This document shows, piece by piece, positions 56,060 to 64,000 of a stretch of DNA of 64,000 bases. Under the pieces are notes generated by a model that worked only from the letters and a program-made list of their open reading frames with translations, was not told the DNA's origin and did no database searches. The stretch lies in contig JAZNYL010000092.1 in the NCBI GenBank assembly GCA_045594445.1, forward strand, positions 787-64,786, given 5' to 3'. The DNA comes from Eubacteriales bacterium. Lineage in GTDB: Bacteria > Bacillota > Clostridia > Oscillospirales > CAG-272. Position numbers and translations under genes: made by a program. Each line of letters opens with the position of its first letter. Position 1 is the stretch's first letter.

Positions 56060-58405
56060 ATGAGACAAACTATCAAAATTAACGATTGGAAGCTTTCCTG
56101 GATAGAAAACGCCAAGGTAAAGAGAGAGCACGTTTCTCTGAGGACACCCGCTGACGTTGCCGCTGCAGGATACAAGACAATCCGTGCAAGCGTTCCCGGA
56201 AACTTTGAGCTGGACTTTATGAGAGAGGGGATTCTCGAGGACGTGTACTGGGGACAGAATACCGTCAAAACGCAGCGTCTTGAAAACCTTCACTTGTATT
56301 ACTATACCGAATTCACATACGAAAAAAAGCCCTGTATGGACGCAGAGCTGGTGTTTGGCGGCATTGATACGGCAGCAGAGATTTATCTGGACGGAGAGCT
56401 GCTTGGCTTTGTGGAGAATATGTTCCATGCGCACACATTTGATCTGAATGCGCTGGAAAATGGCTCCCATACGCTGCTTGTTCATATTCTGCCGTCAGCG
56501 ATTTATGCAAGAGAATTTGAAGTACCTGCTATGTGCTTTGGCCTCAAATACAACCAAGATGGCATTCAGCTGCGTAAAGCCGGATCTATGTTCGGATGGG
56601 ATATTATGCCGCGTCTTGTCTCAGGTGGCCTTTGGAAGCCTGTAGAAATCGTCTACAGGCCGCAAAATCGCATCGTAGACCCGTTTACTTATACGATGTG
56701 GGCAAACGAACACGACGCATTTATCTGCACCACGCTGCGTATTCAGAGCGACGAGGACTTCATCTCGGATTTCCGCGTCATCTTGCACGGTGAATGCGGT
56801 GAAAGCGTCATCCATCACGAATACAGACCCTTCTGCGCATCCTGCAAGATCCAGTTTGGCTTCTTGGCGCCCAAGCTTTGGTGGCCCAAGAATTACGGCG
56901 AGCCGAATCTTTACGATATGGAGATCAAGCTTGTCAAGGACGGCGTGGAATACGACAGCGTAAAGTACCGCTTCGGTATCCGCACGCTGCAGCTCAAGCG
57001 CACCTCGCGCTCGGGCGACGACGGTGATTTCTGCTTTATCGTCAACGGCAAGCGAATTTTCGCCATGGGTACCAACTGGGTTCCTTGCGATGCGTTCCCG
57101 TCCAGACACGATGATTACACACTGCGCAATATCAAGCTTGCTGACGAGCAGGGATGCAATATGCTCCGCTGCTGGGGCGGTAACGTGTATCCAAGCGACG
57201 TGCTATACGATTACTGCGACGAGCATGGTATCATGATCTGGCAGGACTTCAGCTTCGCATGTGGCCACTATCCCGACGACGAACGCCTTTGCAAGCTTGT
57301 CAAGGAGGAGATCAGGCAGATTGCCATTGAAAAGCGCAATCATCCCTCGCTTGTCTTGTGGGCAGGGGATAACGAATGCGATATTTTCGTTGTGCCTTAT
57401 TGGGAGCAGCATAGGACGGATGATGATCCCACAGCCATGCTTGATCCCAATTATAATGTGATCACGCGTGACGTCATTCTGCACGAGCTGCGCAATCACG
57501 ATGCGACCCGTCCGTATCTCCCCAGCAGCCCCTATCTGGATCCCACAGCATACAAGTACGGCATGCCCTCCGAGGATCACCTCTGGGGTCCGCGAGACTA
57601 CTTTAAGGGCGATTTCTACGGAAAATCCGAGTGTCATTTCGCATCCGAGATCGGATATCACGGCTGTCCTTCTCCCAAATCGCTCAAAAAGTTCATTCCA
57701 GAAGAGAGCTTGCCTAAGGAGTCGATCTACGAGATATGTGACAATCCGGATTGGCTGATCCACGCAGCGGGGATGGAACCCTACGTAGACGGTAATCCGT
57801 ATTCTTACCGTAACAGACTGATGGTCAGCCAGGTTGAGCGCTTATTCGGTACGCCCTCGGGCGATCTTGCTGAATTTGCAAGACAAAGCCAGGTATCGCA
57901 GGCCGAGGCAGTCAAGTATTTCATTGAACGCTTCCGCATCCACAAATGGAGAATGAGCGGCATTCTTTGGTGGAATATTGCTGACGGTTGGCCGCAGGTA
58001 TCCGATGCAGTTGTCGACTGGTACGGCTGCAAAAAGATTGCTTATCACTACATCAAGCGCTCTCAGACACCTTTCTGCATGATGTTCGACGAGCCCGAGG
58101 ACGGCAAACTGACGTTGGTAACAGCGAATGACACGCAGTCTACCGTGCACGCAAGCTACACCGTGACCGATCTGACAAACGGCGCAACTGTGACCAAGGG
58201 CAATCTTGAAATCGAGGCAAACGGCTGCATCCGTGTCGAGCAGGTCCCCGAGGCAAAGAACGGCTTCTACATGATCACATGGGAAAGCGACATAGGCAAC
58301 GGACAGAATCACTTTACCTGCACCATTGGCGACGGTTGGACGTGGGATGCGTACCGCACATGCATGCAAAAAGCCGGATTCTATGACGAATACGAGGGAT
58401 TCTGA
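56060..58405 (+). CDS. Glycoside hydrolase family 2, beta-mannosidase-like, cytoplasmic
   Basis: No signal peptide. NMLRCWGGNVYPSDVLYDYCDEHGIMIWQDFSFACGHYP and WAGDNE blocks are typical of GH2 beta-mannosidases. It starts 14 nt after the polC stop behind GGAGG. Confidence 0.75.
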   Translation: MRQTIKINDWKLSWIENAKVKREHVSLRTPADVAAAGYKTIRASVPGNFELDFMREGILEDVYWGQNTVKTQRLENLHLYYYTEFTYEKKPCMDAELVFGGIDTAAEIYLDGELLGFVENMFHAHTFDLNALENGSHTLLVHILPSAIYAREFEVPAMCFGLKYNQDGIQLRKAGSMFGWDIMPRLVSGGLWKPVEIVYRPQNRIVDPFTYTMWANEHDAFICTTLRIQSDEDFISDFRVILHGECGESVIHHEYRPFCASCKIQFGFLAPKLWWPKNYGEPNLYDMEIKLVKDGVEYDSVKYRFGIRTLQLKRTSRSGDDGDFCFIVNGKRIFAMGTNWVPCDAFPSRHDDYTLRNIKLADEQGCNMLRCWGGNVYPSDVLYDYCDEHGIMIWQDFSFACGHYPDDERLCKLVKEEIRQIAIEKRNHPSLVLWAGDNECDIFVVPYWEQHRTDDDPTAMLDPNYNVITRDVILHELRNHDATRPYLPSSPYLDPTAYKYGMPSEDHLWGPRDYFKGDFYGKSECHFASEIGYHGCPSPKSLKKFIPEESLPKESIYEICDNPDWLIHAAGMEPYVDGNPYSYRNRLMVSQVERLFGTPSGDLAEFARQSQVSQAEAVKYFIERFRIHKWRMSGILWWNIADGWPQVSDAVVDWYGCKKIAYHYIKRSQTPFCMMFDEPEDGKLTLVTANDTQSTVHASYTVTDLTNGATVTKGNLEIEANGCIRVEQVPEAKNGFYMITWESDIGNGQNHFTCTIGDGWTWDAYRTCMQKAGFYDEYEGF

Positions 58406-58412
58406 ATATGAA

Positions 58413-58447
58413 AAGAACACCGCAGAAAACTGCGGTGTTCTTGTGTT
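58413..58447. terminator. Bidirectional terminator between the GH2 gene and the convergent DUF4956 gene
   Basis: AAGAACACCGCAG-aaaa-CTGCGGTGTTCTT followed by GTGTT. Confidence 0.8.
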
Positions 58448-58456
58448 CAATAGCAA

Positions 58457-59179
58457 TTAGTCGTCGTTGGGCTTTCTGGTGATTGCCACGTTGAGATTGC
58501 TGTTGCGGACGCGGATATCGTCGATCAGTGCTTTCTGTGCCTTGGGATTCTTGAGGCGGATTCTGTAGCGCAGCTCGTTGAGCGTGCCGTATTCAACCGA
58601 CTTGACGCGCTCAAGGTGGTAGCCCTTGCAATGCTGCTTGAGAACTTCATCAAATACACCGTCGAAATCAAGATCTTCGGGTACCATAATGGTCAGTTTG
58701 AGCGATCCACCGCCAATTTTATCAAATCCGCACAGGGAAGCGATAATAATAACCGCCAAGATAATACCGATCGCAATGGCTGCAAAGCCGATACCGCCCG
58801 TGCCGCAAGCCATACCGACTGCTGCAGAAAGATAAATGAAGATCAGATCCTGAGGGCTTTCCACAGAATGTCTGAAACGGATGAGCGCAAGACCGCCGCC
58901 GATGCTGATGGCACGAGCGAGGTTAGAGCCGACCGAGATAACGATCACCGAAACGATGGGGCCCATGAGCAAAATGGTCAGAAGCGACTTGGTAGAATAG
59001 CCTCTTTTACGGTTGGTAAGTATGTAGACCAGGGTGACAAGCAGGCACATGCCAATGCTGGCACCGATGAGCGCAAGCGTTTTGCCAAGAGTCAGTGTAG
59101 AAACACCGGTGTTTGCCGTGTCATAATAAATTTCGATGTTGACCAATAGCTGGTTAAACAGATTCTCTAAAAACTGCAT
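58457..59179 (-). CDS. DUF4956 domain-containing membrane protein
   Basis: TM-rich N-terminal half containing SNLARAISIGGGLALIRFRHSVESPQDLIFIY, the DUF4956 signature region, then a soluble C-terminal domain. Confidence 0.75.
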   Translation of the reverse strand: MQFLENLFNQLLVNIEIYYDTANTGVSTLTLGKTLALIGASIGMCLLVTLVYILTNRKRGYSTKSLLTILLMGPIVSVIVISVGSNLARAISIGGGLALIRFRHSVESPQDLIFIYLSAAVGMACGTGGIGFAAIAIGIILAVIIIASLCGFDKIGGGSLKLTIMVPEDLDFDGVFDEVLKQHCKGYHLERVKSVEYGTLNELRYRIRLKNPKAQKALIDDIRVRNSNLNVAITRKPNDD

Positions 59180-59191
59180 AGTAATCCTCCA

Positions 59192-59959
59192 TTATAAAAA
59201 CCCGGTCAACAAAAATTCGTCGATCCCGTTGTTTTTCAGTACTGTTTTTTTCAGATCGGTACCGATCTTGGAAAAGGTGTGGAATGAAAGCCCAAATTCG
59301 TTCATGATTTTGACAAACCACAAGGGAACTGCGCCTGCAAATTTGACCTCCATCAGTGCAAGATCTGGTGGAAGCAACGGCTCTCCAAACCTTCCGCTTT
59401 CTAAGGAAAGATCGTGTCTGCGCGATATGATGTCAAAATCAAAGGTGACGCGGAATTTGGGATCCTCTTTGCCGTAGTAAGCAAATCTTTGATAGCTGAC
59501 GTAAGCTACCGGCTCGACGGGTGTGTGCGAAAGGTAGTAATCAATCTCGCGCAGCACCTGCGTGTTGATGTACTTTGTGTCTTGAGGATATTTTCGTTCT
59601 TCTAAAAAGTCGTAAACCTCAGAGAGCTTGAGCTTTGCGCGCCGCTTTGTTCCGATGCCGTTGAGCTTCTTTTTGATCTCTAAGAACACCTTGTCATTGG
59701 GTCCCGGAGTACCGTAGCTGCGAAGTCTCAGCTTTTCCTTGAATTTGGGGAGCTGCACCGAGTTTCTGATCACGTCGTTGTGCTCATTGTCAAAATACAG
59801 ATTGCAGATCGTATAAGGCTTGCCATCCTTGTTATATGGGTCTGCATTCATGTATTCCTCAATGCGCTGTCTGAGCGGCTCGGCAAGGCTTGCGTCAAAC
59901 AGTATCTTTTTTTCTCTGCGCTGAAACGTGTTTTCTGCCAAACCGTCACCTCCCAACAT
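59192..59959 (-). CDS. VTC-domain (polyphosphate-polymerase-like, CYTH/triphosphate tunnel) protein
   Basis: FQRREKKILF..., YTICNLYFDN, LRLRSYG and VFLEIKKK...KRR blocks match the VTC domain. The start is uncertain: ATG at 59959, or TTG at 59941, which sits 6 nt after GGGAGGT. Confidence 0.75.
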   Translation of the reverse strand: MLGGDGLAENTFQRREKKILFDASLAEPLRQRIEEYMNADPYNKDGKPYTICNLYFDNEHNDVIRNSVQLPKFKEKLRLRSYGTPGPNDKVFLEIKKKLNGIGTKRRAKLKLSEVYDFLEERKYPQDTKYINTQVLREIDYYLSHTPVEPVAYVSYQRFAYYGKEDPKFRVTFDFDIISRRHDLSLESGRFGEPLLPPDLALMEVKFAGAVPLWFVKIMNEFGLSFHTFSKIGTDLKKTVLKNNGIDEFLLTGFL

Positions 59960-60018
59960 AATCTTGGGTTATTCTACCATGAATACTTGAATATAGCGTG
60001 AACGTCTCATGAATGAAA

Positions 60019-60051
60019 TATGACTTTTGCACATAACGCACAAAAGTCATA
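60019..60051 (-). terminator. Terminator-like hairpin downstream of argH
   Basis: TATGACTTTTG (60019-60029) pairs with CAAAAGTCATA (60041-60051). On the minus strand it is followed by a TTTCATTC tract. Confidence 0.55.
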
Positions 60052-60056
60052 TAATA

Positions 60057-61439
60057 TCAATTTGTTTCTTTTAAGAAATTGCGCATGGATTCAATCTGCG
60101 CTTTGACGCTTTCGGGAGCGGGTCCACCATAGCAAGCGCGACCAGCAACACAAACGTCGGGATCAATTGCCTCATAAACGTCCTGTTCAAATATCGGGTT
60201 AGCTGCCTTGTATTCTTCCAAAGAGAGTGTTTCCAGCGTTTTCTTGTTTTCGATACAATAAGCCACAAGCTGTCCGACTACCTTGTATGCGCTGCGGAAG
60301 GGGAGTCCTTTTTTGACCATATAGTCAGCGCAGTCGGTTGCATTGATAAATCCCGTGGAGACTGCCTCACGAAGCACGCTTGTATTGAAAGTTGCGGTTT
60401 CCAACATGGAAGCAAACAGTTCAAGGCAAATCTTTGCAGTGTCAAGCGCATCAAATACTGCCTCCTTGTCCTCCTGCATATCCTTGTTATATGCAAGCGG
60501 TATGCCTTTCATCACGGTCAGCAGCGCAGTCAGATCACCGTACACGCGCCCTGTTTTGCCACGCACCAGCTCGGCAATATCGGGGTTTTTCTTTTGCGGC
60601 ATGATAGACGAGCCCGTGGAAAACGCATCGTCCAAATCAATAAAACCAAATTCAGACGATGACCAAAGAATGATTTCCTCCGAAAAGCGTGACAAATGCA
60701 TCATCATGATAGAAAGCGTGCTCAACAGTTCAATAGCATAGTCACGGTCGGAAACGCCATCCATGCTGTTTTGACATACGCTGTCAAATCCCAGTAGCTC
60801 TGCGACCATAAAGCGGTCGATGGGGTAAGTCGTGCCGGCCAGCGCGCAAGATCCGAGCGGCAGTACGTTCATATACTTTGCGACGTCGTCCATTCTGCGA
60901 TAGTCACGCGCAAACATTTGTGCATAAGCCATCAGATAATGCCCAAGAGTCACGGGCTGTGCACGCTGCAGATGCGTATAACCGGGCATAATATCGGATG
61001 CATGCTGCTCTGATTTGTCGCAAATGACTTCAAGCAAATGGCAAGTCAAAGCCTTGAGATCCTTGATCTCGTCACGCAGATAAAGTCGCAAATCCAGCGC
61101 AACCTGATCGTTTCTGCTGCGCGCGGTATGCAGGCGTTTTCCAACGTCGCCGATACGGCTTGTCAGCTCTGATTCCACAAACATGTGAATGTCCTCGGCA
61201 GTCATGTCAAACTCCAATGCGCCGTTTTCAAGATCAAGAAGAATTTCACCCAGAGTCTTGCAAATCAGCGCTGCATCCTCTTTGGGGATAATCCCACAGC
61301 TGCCGAGCATGGTTGCATGCGCGATGGAGCCCGTAATATCCTGCTTATACATACGGCAATCAAAGTGTATTGACGAATTGAAATCGTTGACGCGGCTGTT
61401 TAGCTGCTTTTGAAAGCGTCCTGCCCACATGGTGTTCAT
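60057..61439 (-). CDS. argH: Argininosuccinate lyase
   Basis: MWAGRF N-terminus, the fumarate-lyase signature GSSIMPQKKNPD and a size of about 460 aa. I chose the ATG at 61439 behind AAAGGA. Confidence 0.95.
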   Translation of the reverse strand: MNTMWAGRFQKQLNSRVNDFNSSIHFDCRMYKQDITGSIAHATMLGSCGIIPKEDAALICKTLGEILLDLENGALEFDMTAEDIHMFVESELTSRIGDVGKRLHTARSRNDQVALDLRLYLRDEIKDLKALTCHLLEVICDKSEQHASDIMPGYTHLQRAQPVTLGHYLMAYAQMFARDYRRMDDVAKYMNVLPLGSCALAGTTYPIDRFMVAELLGFDSVCQNSMDGVSDRDYAIELLSTLSIMMMHLSRFSEEIILWSSSEFGFIDLDDAFSTGSSIMPQKKNPDIAELVRGKTGRVYGDLTALLTVMKGIPLAYNKDMQEDKEAVFDALDTAKICLELFASMLETATFNTSVLREAVSTGFINATDCADYMVKKGLPFRSAYKVVGQLVAYCIENKKTLETLSLEEYKAANPIFEQDVYEAIDPDVCVAGRACYGGPAPESVKAQIESMRNFLKETN

Positions 61440-61504
61440 AAGAATCGTCCTTTCTGTCAATCAAACGAGGGGTGTCTTGTCATAGAGACACCCCGTATAT
61501 ATCA

Positions 61505-62731
61505 TCAGTTGTTTTTCTGAGCGTCCAGCATTGCTTTGACCTTAATGGGGAGACCAAACAGATTGATAAAGCCGGCAGAGTCCTTTTGATTGTAAGCGCC
61601 GCCGTCCTCGCCAAACGAAGCGATGGTCTCGCTGTAAAGGGAGTTGGGAGAGGTCACGCCCGCATTGATGATATTACCCTTATAAAGCTTGAGTTTAATG
61701 TCACCGCTGACGGTCTGCTGCGTCTGATCCACAAACGCGGAGAGTGCTTCACGCAGAGGCGTAAACCACTGGCCGTTATAAACCAGCTCACCGAACTTGA
61801 TTGCGACCTGCTGCTTGTAGTGTTGCGTTTCCTTGTCAAGTGTAATCGATTCCAGCACCTTGTGTGCGTGATACAGAATGGTTCCGCCGGGAGTTTCGTA
61901 AACGCCGCGGCTCTTCATACCGACAAGACGATTTTCAACCAGATCCAAAAGGCCGATTCCGTTAGCACCGCCAAGCTCATTGAGCTTTTCAACAAGAGCA
62001 ACGCTGTCCATTTTCTCTCCGTCAATCGCAACGGGAATGCCTTTCTCAAATGTAATGGTAAGATACGTGGGAGTGTCGGGTGCCTGCTCGGGGCTAACGC
62101 TCATTTCAAGGAAGCCCGGCTTTTGATACATGGGCTCGCCCGAAGGATCTTCAAGGTCAAGGCCTTCATGAGACAAGTGCCATACGTTCTTGTCCTTGGA
62201 ATAGTTGGTCTCACGGCTGATTTTGAGCGGGATGTTATGCGCTTCGGCATAATCGATTTCTTCCTCACGGGATTTGATCTCCCATACGCGCCAGGGAGCA
62301 ATAATCTCCATATCGGGAGCGAATGCCTTGATGGTCAACTCAAAGCGCACCTGGTCGTTGCCCTTACCGGTACAGCCATGACAAATCGCGTCCGCACCTT
62401 CTTGAATTGCAATCTCTGCCAAGCCCTTTGCGATACAAGGACGCGCGTGAGAGGTACCGAGCAGATAATCCTCGTATGCAGCACCTGCTTTCAAGCAGGG
62501 ATAAATATAGTTTTCAATGTAATCCTTTTTCAGATCAAGCACATACAGCTTGGAGGCGCCCGTTTTGATCGCCTTTTCTTCAAGTCCGTCAAGCTCCGTA
62601 CCTTGTCCGACATCGCCGGAAACGGCAATGACTTCACATCCCGGATAGTTTTCTTTGAGCCAAGGGATGATAATAGAGGTGTCAAGTCCACCCGAGTAAG
62701 CAAGAACGATCTTTTTGATTTGTTTTTTCAT
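61505..62731 (-). CDS. argG: Argininosuccinate synthase
   Basis: [12 protein letters not shown]-loop and [13 protein letters not shown] motif. About 408 aa starting from the ATG at 62731. Confidence 0.96.
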   Translation of the reverse strand: MKKQIKKIVLAYSGGLDTSIIIPWLKENYPGCEVIAVSGDVGQGTELDGLEEKAIKTGASKLYVLDLKKDYIENYIYPCLKAGAAYEDYLLGTSHARPCIAKGLAEIAIQEGADAICHGCTGKGNDQVRFELTIKAFAPDMEIIAPWRVWEIKSREEEIDYAEAHNIPLKISRETNYSKDKNVWHLSHEGLDLEDPSGEPMYQKPGFLEMSVSPEQAPDTPTYLTITFEKGIPVAIDGEKMDSVALVEKLNELGGANGIGLLDLVENRLVGMKSRGVYETPGGTILYHAHKVLESITLDKETQHYKQQVAIKFGELVYNGQWFTPLREALSAFVDQTQQTVSGDIKLKLYKGNIINAGVTSPNSLYSETIASFGEDGGAYNQKDSAGFINLFGLPIKVKAMLDAQKNN

Positions 62732-62772
62732 GATAAATGCCTTTCCGTTTGGGGATTTCAAAATATGAATAT

Positions 62773-62801
62773 ATTATACTGCATAATCTTACCAAATGCA
62801 A
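62773..62801 (-). promoter_or_regulatory. Sigma-A-type promoter of argG-argH
   Basis: On the minus strand: TTGCAT (62801-62796), a 17-nt spacer, then TATAAT (62778-62773). The -10 is overlapped by an ARG-box-like half-site (TATAATATATTCATAT). Confidence 0.55.
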
Positions 62802-62820
62802 TGGCAATATTCAACAATAA

Positions 62821-62834
62821 TGCATATATATTCA
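62821..62834. promoter_or_regulatory. Putative ArgR operator (ARG box)
   Basis: TGCATATATATTCA is a near-palindrome matching the TGAAT-W4-ATTCA ARG-box pattern. It lies about 20 bp upstream of the predicted argG -35. Additional half-sites are TGAAT (62766-62770) and ATTCA (62809-62813). Confidence 0.5.
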
Positions 62835-62922
62835 TGTTAATTTTGCTAAATAATCACGGTGGCTTTTTCCATGCAAGGATATCAATATTCCGCATACAAT
62901 AAGGGAGAAAGGAGCTGATGAG

Positions 62923-63714
62923 ATGAAATGTGCAGGATTGAAGCGGATCTGTGCGGCGTTATGCATATGTTCCACTTTATTCACTCTATTATGCATAAAT
63001 ACAAATGCTTCGCAGCAAGTACACTGGTATTGCAAACGTACGATGGATCATACCCAACCCTTGGTTGACGGTGATCTGTCATGGATAGAAAACTATAACG
63101 GAATCTATATTGACCGGGTGCACGATGATCAGAATGAAGAAAAGGTGGTTTATCTGACGTTTGACGCAGGCTACGAGAACGGAAACGTGGAAAAAATCCT
63201 TGACGTGCTGCACAAGGAAAACGTGCCGGCAGCATTCTTTATTCTGACCAATCTGATCGATCGAAATCCCGAGTTGGTCAAGCGTATGGCCGCGGAAGGT
63301 CATCTGGTCTGCAATCATACAAGCAAGCATAAGAATATCACCTCGCTGACCAAAACGCAGTTGCTTGAGGAGATACAAGCCCTTGAAAACAAGTATACCG
63401 GACTGACAGGCGCACAAATGGCAAAATACTTCAGACCTCCCGAAGGAACCTTTGATCAGAATTCGTTATCTATGATAAAAGACCTCGGCTACAAAACGGT
63501 ATTCTGGAGCTTTGCCTATGCGGATTGGGATAATCGGAACCAAATGTCACCCGAAACAGCCACGAAAAAGATCATGGATCATCTGCATAACGGCGAAATT
63601 ATGCTTTTGCATCCCACTTCAGCAACCAATGCTGAAATCTTGCAGGACGTCATTTGTCAGATCAAGGCGCAGGGCTACCGATTCGGCACACTTGACGAGA
63701 TCGTTTTGACATGA
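62923..63714 (+). CDS. Polysaccharide deacetylase family protein, PdaA-like (delta-lactam-biosynthetic de-N-acetylase type)
   Basis: Signal peptide, then VYLTFDAGYENGN (the FDAG variant of NodB motif 1 typical of PdaA), NHTSKH and LLHP motifs. Confidence 0.75.
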   Translation: MKCAGLKRICAALCICSTLFTLLCINTNASQQVHWYCKRTMDHTQPLVDGDLSWIENYNGIYIDRVHDDQNEEKVVYLTFDAGYENGNVEKILDVLHKENVPAAFFILTNLIDRNPELVKRMAAEGHLVCNHTSKHKNITSLTKTQLLEEIQALENKYTGLTGAQMAKYFRPPEGTFDQNSLSMIKDLGYKTVFWSFAYADWDNRNQMSPETATKKIMDHLHNGEIMLLHPTSATNAEILQDVICQIKAQGYRFGTLDEIVLT

Positions 63715-64000
63715 TGAAAAAGCTTTTGATTTTCTTTGTGCTGTTCGTTCTGATCCTTCGGGCAGCCGAGATCAGTACGGCGGCCTCCTCCGCGCAGACC
63801 TTTTCAACCAAAAGAATCGTGCTGACCTTTGACGATGGACCTCATCCAAGGCAAACGCGTCAGATCCTGGATTTTTTGGATCAATATCAGATCAAAGCGA
63901 CGTTTTTTATGATCGGTGTCAACGTAGGGCAGTACCCCGATACGGTCAGGGAAGTGGCAAGCAGAGGACACGAGATAGGGAATCACACCAATACGCATTC
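63711..64000 (+). CDS. Polysaccharide deacetylase (NodB homology domain), 5' portion truncated by the window end
   Basis: My own translation from ATG 63711: MMKKLLIFFVLFVLILRAAEIS...RIVLTFDDGPHP...ATFFMIG...GHEIGNHTNTH. It has a signal peptide plus NodB motifs TFDDGP and HE.GNH. The frame is open to the window end, with an ATGA overlap with the upstream gene. Confidence 0.8.
   Translation, partial: MMKKLLIFFVLFVLILRAAEISTAASSAQTFSTKRIVLTFDDGPHPRQTRQILDFLDQYQIKATFFMIGVNVGQYPDTVREVASRGHEIGNHTNTH

Noticed and set aside
61468-61496. Hairpin GGGGTGTCT-n-AGACACCCC between argG and argH, considered as a terminator or attenuator
   Set aside because: On the minus (coding) strand it is not followed by a convincing U-tract. 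argH has its own SD 40 nt downstream and is expected to be co-transcribed. It is probably an mRNA-stabilising or processing hairpin, and the evidence is insufficient to annotate it.
61472-62902. 476-aa ORF on the plus strand
   Set aside because: It lies entirely antisense to argG, whose product shows unmistakable argininosuccinate synthase motifs. The plus-strand ORF has no SD and a low-complexity, Leu/Val/Phe-rich translation. Its predicted start sits inside the argG-argH intergenic hairpin. It is an artefact of codon bias on the opposite strand.
1-64000. Looked for rRNA, tRNA, tmRNA, CRISPR repeats, IS elements with inverted repeats, and prophage genes
   Set aside because: Intergenic regions are short (at most about 225 nt) and are accounted for by promoters, leaders and terminators. 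No cloverleaf-like or repeat-spacer structures or transposase-like ORFs were recognised. A covariance-model scan was not possible, so small ncRNAs cannot be excluded.

Overview
Dense chromosomal window (about 51 protein-coding genes) from a Gram-positive, Clostridia-type genome. That assignment is inferred from gene content only: PolC, MecA plus a Clp ATPase, ECF transporter, YlmC/YmxH and PdaA-like sporulation genes. I recognised no rRNA, tRNA, CRISPR array, transposase, integrase or phage gene. Most of the window is core housekeeping: asnS; a mecA-udg-AEC transporter operon; an XPD/DinG-like helicase; ruvA-ruvB, yfhO and ruvC; ecfA1-ecfA2-ecfT-truA; a zinc-ribbon Clp ATPase; the conserved rpsB-tsf-pyrH-frr-uppS-cdsA-dxr-rseP-ispG-polC block; and argG-argH. 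Two regions look accessory. (i) 0.1-7.2 kb is one operon mixing a DUF1667 protein, a cytoplasmic glycosidase-like protein, two G3E/COG0523 GTPases and two lipoproteins. One GTPase carries an extreme His/Cys insertion and the other is fused to a DUF1980-like domain. (ii) 15.9-26.5 kb holds a GH78-like gene, three tandem paralogues of an uncharacterised secreted protein, a related lipoprotein and a convergent XRE/helical-repeat regulator. Each paralogue has its own near-consensus promoter and a conserved terminator. The best candidate for something undescribed is this paralogue trio. Each protein has a signal peptide, two unknown domains, a Thr/Pro/Glu stalk and a conserved C-terminal tripartite tail: GGC[GK]S, a hydrophobic helix, then KK[RK][DN]. 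This mimics sortase/exosortase-type sorting signals, but no processing enzyme is visible here. The first copy has ribosomal-protein-like codon usage, suggesting an abundant surface protein. Secondary curiosities are a P-type-ATPase homologue with all catalytic motifs replaced, a VTC/DUF4956 pair, and ARG-box-like operators at the argG promoter. All family assignments rest on motif recognition by eye; no database search was possible.
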